Source of the DNA: Octopus sinensis
Taxonomy: Eukaryota
Assembly (NCBI RefSeq): GCF_006345805.1
Contig: NW_021832531.1
Coordinates: forward strand, 436,256 to 500,255
Direction: 5' to 3'
Length of the DNA: 64,000 nt
The notes beneath the pieces were generated by a model. It saw nothing but the letters and a program-made list of their open reading frames with translations. It was not told the origin of the DNA and did no database searches. Position numbers and translations under genes: made by a program. Positions 52,830-64,000 of this stretch are shown here, in pieces (the stretch's first letter is position 1; each line of letters begins with the position of its first letter).

Positions 52830-53599
52830 TACTAGCTTTTTCGACGTCCTCGGTAACTGTACGATCGAGATTATGAATGATAGGGGCCCTGTTGAGGATG
52901 CGAATTGCTTTAAACATCATTGGCCGTGTTTGTATTTCATTATTCGGAAACTTGTTTTTCTGCTTCACTTTTGGCAAGAAATTTTTGTAATTGTTTCATC
53001 TTTGTTAATACTCTACCTCTCTGCGTACAGAGTTCTTTGATTTTCTCTGTGTTTTCCGATTGTAGTCTGAGTTCTTTTTGTATTAGAGAAAGTCGTCCGA
53101 TTTCTGGACTACTTTGTTTGTGTCTCGATCCGTGTGTGGAACCCAAGACGTCAGACGAGGTATTCCGTATTGCGGTAACTGTTTCCTCCCAAATCTTGTT
53201 AGCTGGTTGATTTTAGTAGATACAGTCGATGCTGTTTTTCAGGGTCGTACAATATCGAAGATTGGTGGACTCTTCGTATCCAAGCCTCTCCGTATCGTAT
53301 CGTGCTGGTGAGGTGCCTTTGAGCTTTTCACGTATTCCATGGATTCTGTACAGCATTAACTGAGCCACAAGTTTATGATCGCAGCTGGTTAAACCCAGTC
53401 CAGGTGATTTTCATTTATAATAAAGAGCACTGAGTTGAGACTTTTCCACATTTGATTTGAAGCACTGCGACACGGTCAGATGCCGCCCACACTCTTGACA
53501 CGTAGTTAATAAGGTCCCGGTGAACTGCGAACCTGAAACCATAATGTAGGGATTCCGATCCGAAGGTAATAAGATGGAATTCGTCAATTGGTTCTGCAC

Positions 53600-54620
53600 A
53601 TTGCAAGAACCGAAGAGTTTTCTTCACCCTGACGACGTTAAAATAATACACCTGCTTATGCAGAACACTCATCTTTTTGTCAAACTTGGCAAATGTTTTT
53701 CCAACTTTTTTCGGACTTCTCGTGGAGTCCCACAGGGGGTTTCACTATCTCCGGTCCTCTTCGTTGTATACCTTGAAGCAGCACTAAGAGAGTTCAGAGC
53801 TCTCGTTGGGAACAATTATGAGGAGATGATATATGCAGACGATCTGGACTTTGTTTCTGAGAAAATTCAAACACTTCAAACACTTCAGCACATTTTCAAC
53901 AACTTCCATACGTATTCTCGAAATGGTTTTTATCCGTAAATTCCGATAAAACGAAATTTACAATGCTCACACGTATTGATCGTAGATCCGACGAATCTTG
54001 GAGAAGGCAAATGAAACTGGGCTCGCATCTAGGTGACTCAGAAGATGTTACTCGCAGGAAGATTCTTGCTATGGATGCATTAAAAAAATATCGGCTATAT
54101 GTAATCACAAAAAATAGGATTAAATACCAGGCTCAGGATATATAAGGCTTTTATCATCCCGGTTCTTACTTATAACTCTGGCACATAAGGAATCTCTAAA
54201 CACGATATGGACCGTCTTGATTCTTTACACAGAACACAGCTAAAATCGTTAATCAAAATCAAATGGCTTTTGAAGATAACTAATGAAAATCTTAATAATA
54301 AATGCAAATCCGGTTTCCTGTCAGATGACATCTTCAGATCGAGATGGAGCCCTTTTGGCCATGTCCTACGTTTAAACGACCTGGTTTCAGCGAAGAATGC
54401 AATGGATTATTTCTTCGCGCAGACGGAGTCTAGATTTCGTGATAGACCAAGAACGACGCTTCCATCCTAAATGAGGATCTCTCGACGGTTGGTCTTCGGC
54501 TGGACAAACTCAAAGATATCGCGCGGAGCAGAAAATACTGGTCGAGACTAACGGAGAGAATTTTACAGAACACGGCACAAGCGAGACTTAATTAACTTTA
54601 TGTTTTCTCGAAATAATAAT
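53600..54620 (+). mobile_element. 5'-truncated RTE retrotransposon
   Basis: GVPQGVSLSPVLFVVYLE, YADD, KLGSHLG and a (TAA)n tail. Confidence 0.8.
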
Positions 54621-55049
54621 AAACGAAAGAACCGATTTTCTTGCTGAAATTTTTTTTCCATTAACGTGGAAAGTCATTCTTAAATTCTCTTGGTATAACT
54701 TAAACATTTGATAAGTTATTAATGAATTTGAAATTAAGGAAAAATCATTATTAATTCAGGTGACAGGTTGACTTTTTCAGCAGAACACTTAGAGACAATT
54801 ATTAATAAGACCCAATGGGGACTCTTTGGCCACAGACTACGGATGGTTCCCTCTGTTCCAGCTAATAACATCATGAAAACATTTTCATGCTCTGGGCCTT
54901 TTCGAGGTAGGCAACGGAGGAAGCTACCACTGACCATAATAACCCAAAGCATGCCAGATTGTTACTATAACATTCTCCATACTAAATGTTGTGGTGACGA
55001 CACACTAAATATGGTTAACATAAAATTTTAAACAAAGAATTTATTGGTG

Positions 55050-55365
55050 TTAATTCCATTTAGTTTCCTATTAATCCCATATTGTTTGGTATTAATCCCA
55101 CTTAGTTTGATGTTAATCCCACTTAGTTTGATGTTAATCCAACTAAGTTTTCTCCTAATCCCAGTTAGTTTGACGTTAATCCCAGTTAATTTGACGTTAA
55201 TCCAATTTAGTTTGACGTTAATCCCAGTTAATTTGACGTTAATCCAATTTAGTTTGACGTTAATCCCAGTTAATTTGACGTTAATCCCAGTTAGTTTGAC
55301 GTTAATTCCATTTAGTTTTCTGATAATCCCACTTAGTTTTCTGCTAATCTCACTTAGTTTTCTGA
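55050..55365. repeat. 21-bp tandem repeat (subterminal repeats of the adjacent Tc1/IS630-like element)
   Basis: Unit ~ttaatcccacttagtttgacg, about 15 copies. Inverted copies at 55410-55510 and further copies at 56625-56715. Confidence 0.88.
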
Positions 55366-55406
55366 AAATACATACTATAGAAAATGCATACGATCTATAC
55401 CATTTT

Positions 55407-56720
55407 CCATACTAAATGGGATTAATGCCAAACTAAGTGGAATCAATAACAAGCTAAGTGGGATTAACAGTAAACTAAGTGGGTTTAATAACGAACTAAA
55501 TGGAATCAATAAAGGATTACGTTTATTATAAATATAATTTTTCGATCCAGCGCAAAAAAATGCCACGTAAATCATTGGAAGAGAAAGAACAATTGCATAG
55601 AAATAAAATAGATTTAATTTCAGCTGCAGAATCTGGTGGAGATTGGAAAAAAACAGCAATTGAACTCAATATCTCAAGAACAACAGCATATCGTTGGATA
55701 AAGGATGGAGTTAAACCTGACGCGAGAGGTGGAAATTATCGAAAAAAGTTTAACAAAGAACATGTCGATTTTTATTATCATCATGCATCGAAGACGATAA
55801 CACAATTACCCTTCATGGAATAAAACAAAAATTTGAATTACATTTTCCGCAATTATCAATATCAAAAACGAGTATCGCTCGACATCTCGATCTAAGTTTA
55901 TATACATTAAAGAAATTGAGATTCGACCCTGAAGAAGCTAATTGTGAAATTAACAAAATCAAAAGGAAGGAATTTGCTGAAAAATATTTAAAATTTCATC
56001 GGAAATAGACCAATTTGTTTTATGGATGAATCAAATTTTAATCTTCATATCAGCAGGACAGAAGAAAGATCGCTAAAAGAACAAGATGTACTACTCTAGC
56101 TGCTGCGTCAGAAGGGTCAAATATACATCTAATTGGATGCATCTCAAATCTAGGACTCATTTACTATGAAATACAAAGGGGAGCTTTTAAAAAAGAGCAA
56201 GCTTGTCACTGGATGAAAAATTGTTTGAGGCAAGCACGGATTAACATGAGGGTCCATTATTATGGTGTTGGACAATGCACTAGCTCACAGTGTATCGAAG
56301 TTCTTCAATTGGAAGAATTTAATGATTTTCATATTCTTTGTCTCGGTCCGTACAGTCCGATGCTTAACCCCGTCGAACATGTATGGTCCAAAATAAAAGC
56401 TCACGTAAAAAGAGACATCTCTTCTCTAAAAAACCAAATTCTATTTCAACAAGAAAAGATTTGTCAATTATAGATTATCGAACAGGGATACTTGAAAAAA
56501 TAACTGTGGATAGAATAAAAACAATTACATCTGATGATTGTGAGCTTTATTTCTGAAATACAGAAAAATATTGGTGACATGTTAAATATGGTTAACACCA
56601 AATTTTAAACAAAGAATTTTTCGAGTTAATTCCATTTAGTTCGCTTTAATCCTATTTTTTGATATTAATCTTACTTAGTTTTCTATTGATTCCACTTAGT
56701 TTGTTATTGATCACACTTAT
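55407..56720 (+). mobile_element. IS630/Tc1-mariner-type transposon, degraded
   Basis: HTH (ISRTTAYRW), FMDESNFN, VLDNA and LGPYSPMLNPVEHVWS. Confidence 0.8.
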
Positions 56721-58099
56721 TATTAACACGTTCACGAGAGCCATAATATTTCAAATTCCTCATGTGCCGCAAAAGATATTAGAGAACTAGTTAGGTTGCT
56801 CCAAGCTCCTTGTTCTTAGCTAGGTTCCTCGGAGAGTCCAGATCGTCACCAGATGTCACTGTTTTCTTCAAGCTTTTTAGGTCATTTTGTAAACGATTGG
56901 TAGGGTAGTTCTTGGTCTTCTACGAAAGCGTTTGATATTAAAGGAAGAGTAGTAATCTTCAATTGCGATATTCGGGAAGGATGTCGGGTTTAATTTCAGG
57001 AAGTGTCAAAACAGGTCTCTTAAAAGAGATAATAATCTCATGGCTTAAAGGCGTACAGTCACACTTATTGTACAGTCCACTCCGTGCGATCCTGGATGAC
57101 CAGGACATTTCAGTTATGTTTCTTAGATAATTCCTGTGGAACGGGTCTGAAACGGAACGGGCCTTTCGAGGGATAGAGTTGAGTTAGTTGAGAACATTTC
57201 ATTTAGCAGTGTGGCGATTTTTGCAAAAAAGGGGTCCGGGCTATATTTTTGTGATTCTAGGTTTATCATATTTACCATGGCATCTGTTATTTTTTTAGCT
57301 TTTGACATGTTGTTTTTACTTCAAGAATTGTAATTGGTCTTTTAGGGGTCTAGGCTTTCCATTGAATGGGAGGATTGCTCTAATCACATTGAAAAGTTTT
57401 TCAAAATGTGTTGCAATTACCTCCGTATACTATTTATTCATTAGGTAATGTCTTGAAACGAGCGGCCATATACATCTGTGAATTATCTTTTAGTTTGGAT
57501 ACTTCATTGATTTTGTCAAGCAGGCCTTCTTGGTGGAGTCTCTTGTTCAGTCTTCTGATTTTTCTACGGATTTATTCCCTCTGCCCCTGAAGAACTTCCC
57601 TCTTCCCTCTAAACCGATTCCTCTCGGGACCGACAGAATTTTCCGGTATAGATGGGAGGTCTGTATATTAAATTTGACAAAAAAAGTAAAACAGCAAAAT
57701 TAATACAAATCTGCCAATAAGGATTTCCTCGTAGTTAGCTTCAATTTAGACATCGGTTTATTGTTCAGATGGATCTGTCTGTTGATGGGATCGAGTAATG
57801 CAGAGTCTTGACTGCAAAAAAGTAACAAATTTGGTCTAGCATTTGTTTAACATTTGTGGATGTTAATTTCTCGAGATGTTTTGGCTTTGTTTGCTTATCA
57901 GAATCTGAGTCACTGTCATCATATTCACAACTTGAGACTGTTTGATATTGCTCATCTAAGGATGATTCCCAATCTTTGAAATTTTCAGTGGATGGTTCCG
58001 AATCTAAGTTGACAAATTTTTCTTCTGTCATTTAATTATTGACTAGTCTATTCATAAGGGGTATGAACAGTATATTGTTTGTAGGATTTTAGTTTATAT

Positions 58100-58895
58100 C
58101 AGGATTGTTTGATTTAAATCATTTGATATTAATCAAAAAAATCAATGATTTAAATCATTAAAAAATCAAAAAAATCATTTTAAATTGTATAAATTGATTA
58201 AACTTCGATAAACATATTATTCCTGAACGTTGATTAAGAATTCGAGACAAGGAAGAGATAAAAGGAGACGCACTGACACGGGATCACTTAATTAGACGAT
58301 TACTATTCCTCTTTCCTGTGTTCCCGGGCCGAAAGTTTAAGGTGGTTTAATCAGCGAATTACCCTTGAAAATGAGGGACCAATCATTAATCAATTTCGTT
58401 ACTACGATGATGTTATCGAAAAAAATTTGATAGATATGTAATTCTCTAGACGCGTATATTCCACTAACACTCCTTTTTCTGCTGTTGAACATCCCGAATT
58501 TGTTCAAATGCTTCTTTCTGGCTATCGTTTAGTTTATCGTCATCAAATTGGTGGTCCATTGCTCGATCGAGTGTACGAACAACTACATGAGGACTGTCGA
58601 CAAAGACTCAAGAACAAAACAGTGTCTATGATGCTAGATGGGTGGAGTAACATTCATAATGAACCTGTTGTTTGTGTTTCGGTTGCAACATCGGGTGGAG
58701 AAAGCTATCTAATTGACACTGTGGACACCTTTGGACACAGACACACTGCGTAGTATCTTCAATATGTTGCATTAGATTCTGCCAAATCTGCCGAGGAACG
58801 GTTTGGTTGTAAAATTGGTAGTCTTGTGACGGATCTGATTTAAATCAAAAAAATCTGATTATTTTAAATAAAAATCATAATTTTTAACAACCCTA
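58100..58895 (+). mobile_element. hAT-type non-autonomous element
   Basis: gatttaaatca subterminal repeats at both ends; MLDGWSNIHNEPV, HTA and VTD motifs. Confidence 0.7.
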
Positions 58896-59599
58896 GTTAA
58901 TTTCACGTCCATTCAAGCTGTGCTAATGCACCGGATAGCATCCAAGAGATAAATTTTTAGATGCTATCGAGTCATTTATTTTTTTAAATAATCGATTATT
59001 TAATGAATAAGAGAAATCGTCAAAAAAAATCTAGCTATCATTTATTATTTGAATTTTCTTCTTAAGGGCAATTTGCAACGTAATAGTTTTCTTTGCGGAG
59101 CTATCATCTTTTAGTTTTTAATTTTTTGTCGAGTTGTTAGCAATTCAAGGTTAAAGGCGATTAATTAGATTAAAGATTGATGTCAGAAGGCCGGTTTATG
59201 ATAAATGAAAATTCAAGTCGGGACCAGAAAATATGGCCGGTATTCGGAATAGAGGAGATCCGGTATATCGAATATGAAATAGCAGTGATGGTCTATGAGG
59301 TGAATCGGGACCAGAAGTTTAGTCCGATTTTAAGGGAATTGCAGGATACCGAGGAGTCGGTTTAGAGGGGTTTTACTGTATTTTCTACGATCCCACGAAA
59401 TACCTACTGTTAGGTCCTTCAGATGCGAGCAAATGTATTTTTTGTAATTTTTGACTGTATCTGGATGAGAGATTAGTTTTTCACGTTGCATATCCATTTC
59501 TTGTGTTCTCAATAATGTTTTTTGTAATGTTGTTATGTTTCTTATGTTTGATACCATGTTTCACCAGGTTCAAAACCAGGCTGAAGGTGACAATAATCA

Positions 59600-60058
59600 T
59601 CTCTGGTGTTATATACAGTGTCCCCTCTCCTGACACCCCCCTGGTATATCCTCACATATGTCAGTTGTCCGTACCGACCCGCCTGGAGTTAAAAACACGG
59701 AAACCTCCAGTTTGAAGCCCATTCCGACAAACAAATTTTCGTTATTTCGAGACGAATTTAACAAAAAACTTGTCGCGATGTCTGATTATGATCGTATTCG
59801 ATGATAGCATCGAGGACTTCTTGTACGCCGTTATTCCGAAGAGCAGTGCCAAATAACACAGGTACCATCTGTCGGGAAATACAACTTGGGAATACTCGCC
59901 TGGAATTGCCCTTCTTGTGACCTTGATGCTGTGGAAATGAGCTATCAACACAAATACAACCCACACTGTCCTTCAAAATAAACACTCTCTTGCTTCACAA
60001 GATCTATGACTCCAACATGAGCATGTTCTACCCCCATTGGAATTTGCAAAGGAATAAC
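59600..60058 (-). pseudogene. GFM1: Internal fragment of mitochondrial elongation factor G1, with introns and deletions
   Basis: LQIPMGVE...GVIDLV...YFEG; PVLFGTALRNNGVQEVLDAIIEY; FVGMGFKLE|[25 protein letters not shown]. Introns at 59929-59960 and 59683-59704. Two frameshifting deletions. Confidence 0.8.
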
Positions 60059-60165
60059 TGGTAATTTTAATTTATTTCTAAATTAATAATATTAATTAAT
60101 TTATAATTAATTATTATAATAAATACTTTTTTACAAAAAAGAAAACAAATTAAGTTATAATAAAT

Positions 60166-61280
60166 CAGCGGTTCTCAACCGTGGTCCCCAGAAAATTTTT
60201 AGTGGTCCCCAGGAATTTTCGAAAAATAAAAATATATTAAAGTTAAAACTAATTGTACAATTAAGTATAAATTAAAAACATTGAAATTAATCAAGCGGTT
60301 CTCAATCGTGGTCCCCAGAAAATTTTTAGTGGTCCCCAGGAATTTTCGAAAAATAACAATATATTAAATTTAAAACTAATTGTACAATTAAGTATAAATC
60401 AAAAACATTGAAATTAATCTGATTTGATTAGCGTGGTTTATCATTCTAGTTATGGTTAACAAGAATCGTCGTCTTTGGTCGGATTCTTACGTACAATTTG
60501 GATTCACTAAATTCATTGCCCCAAATAATGAAATAAAGAAAAGGAATAACATCAATGTTCCCAATGCTTGAATATCATCTCGGACACAACCCACCGGATA
60601 ATGTTCTTCTAAGTCTGATAATCAAACATCTGGAAAATCTCAAGACAAAATTTGATGATTATTTTCCTGTTGAAGACCCAATTCCAAACTGGATCGTTCA
60701 ACCTTTCTTGACCTCATTTAAAGAATATCAGGAACTCAATTTTCAGCAGAGCTTGATTGAACTTCAATGTAATCAGTCTGCTCAGATTATTTTCAAATGT
60801 ACTTCATTATTAGATTTTTGGTATTCTCATTAATAATTACTTTTTATTGTTAGGTGTCAGATGGCGAAAGAATTCCCCATTTTGAGTAAAACTGCATTGG
60901 AATCAATACTTGCATTCCCCACTACTTATCACTGTGAAATGGCGATGTCGTGTCTGACTTTTCTAAAAACAAAATATAGAAATAGACTACGGGTACAAGA
61001 TGATATGCGAGTAGCTTTGTCGAACATAGAGCCTGATATAAGTAAAATTATTCTGAGCAAACAAGATCAGAAATCTCACTAAATTACTATTAAATTTTCT
61101 GTTATTTTCATAATGTTCATGTTATTTTTATAATAAATATTCGAACATTTCTAACCTGGCCCTGACGAGGCCAAAAATTGTGCGCTAATACCAAAAAATG
61201 TTTATTTTATTTAAGGTGGTCCCCACAAAATTTTATAGTGCAAAAGTGGTCCCCAGTCTAAAAAAGGTTGAGAACCGCTG
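60166..61280 (+). mobile_element. hAT (Buster/ZBED5-like) non-autonomous element with a duplicated left end
   Basis: TIR cagcggttctcaacc / ggttgagaaccgctg. TSD taataaat. FPTTYHCE..S.L..LKTKYRNRL dimerisation domain. The first ~126 bp is tandemly duplicated. Confidence 0.92.
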
Positions 61281-61419
61281 TAATAAATCTTGTTTAAACC
61301 TCAAGTCTTGTATTGTCCTCGTTTTCCATTTTCCATTATTTTAAATATATTATTATTTAACTTTAAAAAGTTTATATAAATAAATAATTGTTCGTTATAT
61401 TTTCGATTCATTTTGAATT

Positions 61420-63060
61420 ATGTCTACATTTTCACTTTTTTTCTCATTACTTGTACTGAACGAGGTTTTAGGGTACACCGTTTCATCTTAGATTACCAAT
61501 AATACAATTGTTGGTTATGCTGAACCATTCATTACAGAAATGATCATCGTATTCCTAAAATTTAATTTATGTGAATTTAGTTTTTGGGTTATCAGGAACC
61601 ACAAAAAGGTTATTATGTTGGGATTGTTCAGTCTTGTTTTTATATTGGACGAATTTTCGGCTGGTTGGTTGTTTGGGTCTTTAAATACCAAGTCTCGTGA
61701 TTGGAAGAATTGCCGACAAAATTAGCAAATATACTTTGCTGATTATTTGTTTTGGTCTTTCTGGCATTTTTGTATTTACTTTTGGTTTTACATTGAATAT
61801 ATCTTTTGTGATAATTTTCCGTTTATTGATCGGGATGGTTTCTGGTATTCGAACATTCGTAAAGTGTAGGAATTTCTATAATTGATAAAGCATTGATTCA
61901 CGACACATGCGATGAGGAGACTCAGGGTAAAGGAATGATGTTTTATGGGATTGGAGTCAGCATGGGAATTTTGATTGCTCCTTTGATTGGGGGTTTTATC
62001 CTCGTGTTTATATTTAAGGATATTTACACAATCCTGCCCATTTATATCCCTCTGTTTTCGATGGCAGTGCATTTTTAAAAAAGTTTCCCTATTTTTTTAC
62101 TTCAATATGCGTGGTTGCCTTGATTATCTTTAATATTATTCTTACTTTTATAACTCAAAAGTCATTTAAAAAGTATTAACAACATTTAATGAATGTAGAA
62201 AAGCGTTTCGCTCTGACCATGTGAACCTTAATCAAGAAACACCCCAAGTAGAATCGAGTTTCAAAGTCTTCATAAGGACAGTCAAGTGACCAATATCTTT
62301 TCATAAAAGTAGAGCCAAGAAAACGGCAATTTCACTCGGAATTTCGGTTCTCTACTCTTTTGTTACAATTGGAATAGACGAGCTTTATATTTTATTTTTG
62401 TCTACTAGCAAAAGCCACGGTTTGGGAGTCTTTGATATTTCTAGGCGGGTTGGGGTATAGCAGTAAGGAAATTGGGTTATTTTTAATTTTTTCTGCTCTT
62501 CCCACTGTTATAATTCATCCTTTTCTATTCACTCGAATGCTGGACAAAATCGGAATTATTAACGTTTACATTTACCTAATAATTTTTAGTCCATTAAATT
62601 ATGCCATTTGGGTTTGCTTCCAATCATGTTGGTAATTCCGTTTACTTATGTCCTCAGTGAAAAAGGGTTAATGTTTTGTTTTAAAAATGTAGACTTTATG
62701 TCGAGGTGAATGCTTTACTTTACATTTTGGTTATTTTCAGCAGAATATTGGCAAATTTTAATAGTGGCACGGTGGCTCTTTTGCTCAACAATTCCATAAA
62801 AATAGAGGACGCCGGGACAGTAAACGGAATATGCCTGTCCTTATCCTGCATTTTTCGGTTTACTTATATAGAATTGGCATTTTAGAGCTTTGGCTCCTTT
62901 AACGTTCAATAGTATTTATACTGCTGCGATTTCAGTGGATACAAGTGTCGGGAAAGTGTTTGCACCATTAATTGGATTCTACTCAATTGCAATTATGGTT
63001 ATTTTAATTGTTGTGCTCTGTTCCTATATTCCTCGTAGCCTTAATTCGAGGATTTGTTGA
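61420..63060 (+). CDS. Major facilitator superfamily transporter (ZIFL/DHA1-like)
   Basis: GYYVGIVQS, motif A GRIADKIS, FRLLIGMVSG, GILIAPLIGG, KFPY, GGLGYSSKEIG and AGTVNG. About 10 mini-introns. Confidence 0.8.
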
Positions 63061-63328
63061 CTATAATTTTACTAACAGTATAGCTATTCTAAATATTTGT
63101 TACTTAAGAATGCTTCCTTATATAAATTTATTATTTTTTTGAATAAAAACCACGTAGGTATCTTTTTAAATATCCTTTTTTAAATATACGATCGATTGAT
63201 TCAGATGCTGTTTGAAAGTCTTATTTTTATTTTCCGGGTTCCTTTCATTGTAAAATTTGTCATTTATTTGATCCCTTTACATCACTTCACAGCCCTCCTT
63301 CACAGCCCTCTATTTTTAGACAACGACT

Positions 63329-63830
63329 ATTATTATTATTTAAGCCAAACAAAATCACCATCTTAACCATTAACTAACACGTTCAGATGATTCCGACACT
63401 TCTCAACAGTCGAGCCATCTTTTCACGATGTTCCGACCGTGACCCCACACACTTTCTGTATGTACGGTGAATGGTTTGTGGTCCATTTTTACGATCGCCC
63501 CCATTTGCCTCTACGAGAGACTCCAGTGTTCTATGGACAATTTCCCTATCGGTATGGTCCTTCAGTAGGTTGATAGATCTTTCTTGAATTTTTTCGATTT
63601 TTAGCCGGTTCGTTGCCGCCAGGTTACAGCCCCAAGCAGCACATGCATAGCCTATTGTTGGCTCGATATACTGCTTGTAAAGGGTCTCTACCCCTGGCGG
63701 ATAAGTTCTCCCACAGTTCCAAAGGAAGGCTTTTACAAAATTGATCTTCTTTATACAGGTTGATACGATCGATTCTACGTGAGGTGAAAAACAGAGGAAA
63801 GTATCAAACGTTACTCCCAATATTCGATTG
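63329..63830 (-). mobile_element. 3' end of a Jockey/I-like LINE
   Basis: ILGVTFD..L.F..HV, LYKQYI.P.I.Y...AW and a (TAA)n tail at ~63329-63341. Confidence 0.75.
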
Positions 63831-64000
63831 AATATAAGGCTGGAAAAAACAAACACTATTGTTTAATTTAAATAGAGATTCTTTAAATAACATAGAATTT
63901 AAATAATAATTAAAAAATAAATATTTAACTTGCCACAACTTATTGACGTTGTTGAGTTTTTAAAAAATAATGGAATGTGGAGACCAAGTAAGGAATGTGC

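Noticed and set aside
55044-55415. Hydrophobic 123-aa ORF (LIPxSLx repeats) and CRISPR-like periodicity
   Set aside because: It is the translation of a 21-bp tandem repeat at a transposon end. There are no unique spacers and no cas genes, and the context is eukaryotic.

Overview
Eukaryotic, AT-rich genomic DNA, most likely from a highly reduced animal. Its spliceosomal introns are mostly 22-33 nt, a size range reported for dicyemid mesozoans, but the taxon is only inferred. About 13 host genes can be rebuilt by hand-splicing: the 3' end of hnRNP L, NDUFAF1, cathepsin L, SPATA5/AFG2, an MDH2-like gene, HMCES, a DPH5-like gene, a GON4L-like gene, ALAD, RPL11, RPL10A, RIOK1 and an MFS transporter. 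There is also an intron-containing GFM1 pseudogene fragment. The genes sit in tight islands between nested transposon graveyards (pogo/Tigger, hAT, Merlin, Helitron, Ginger-like integrase, Tc1/IS630, CRE, RTE and Jockey-like LINEs). The most interesting observations are: (1) a Merlin transposon inside an HMCES exon whose flanking direct repeat could supply GC-AG splice sites that restore the frame; (2) a 26-nt intron that would switch SPATA5 between a soluble and a tail-anchored form; (3) an MDH2-like enzyme that lacks both a presequence and the oxaloacetate-specificity Arg; (4) a probable GT-TG intron in a very divergent DPH5; (5) mini-introns with almost no donor consensus beyond GT/GC; and (6) a twin-primed inverted LINE. 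All gene models were spliced by eye, with no transcript or database evidence.
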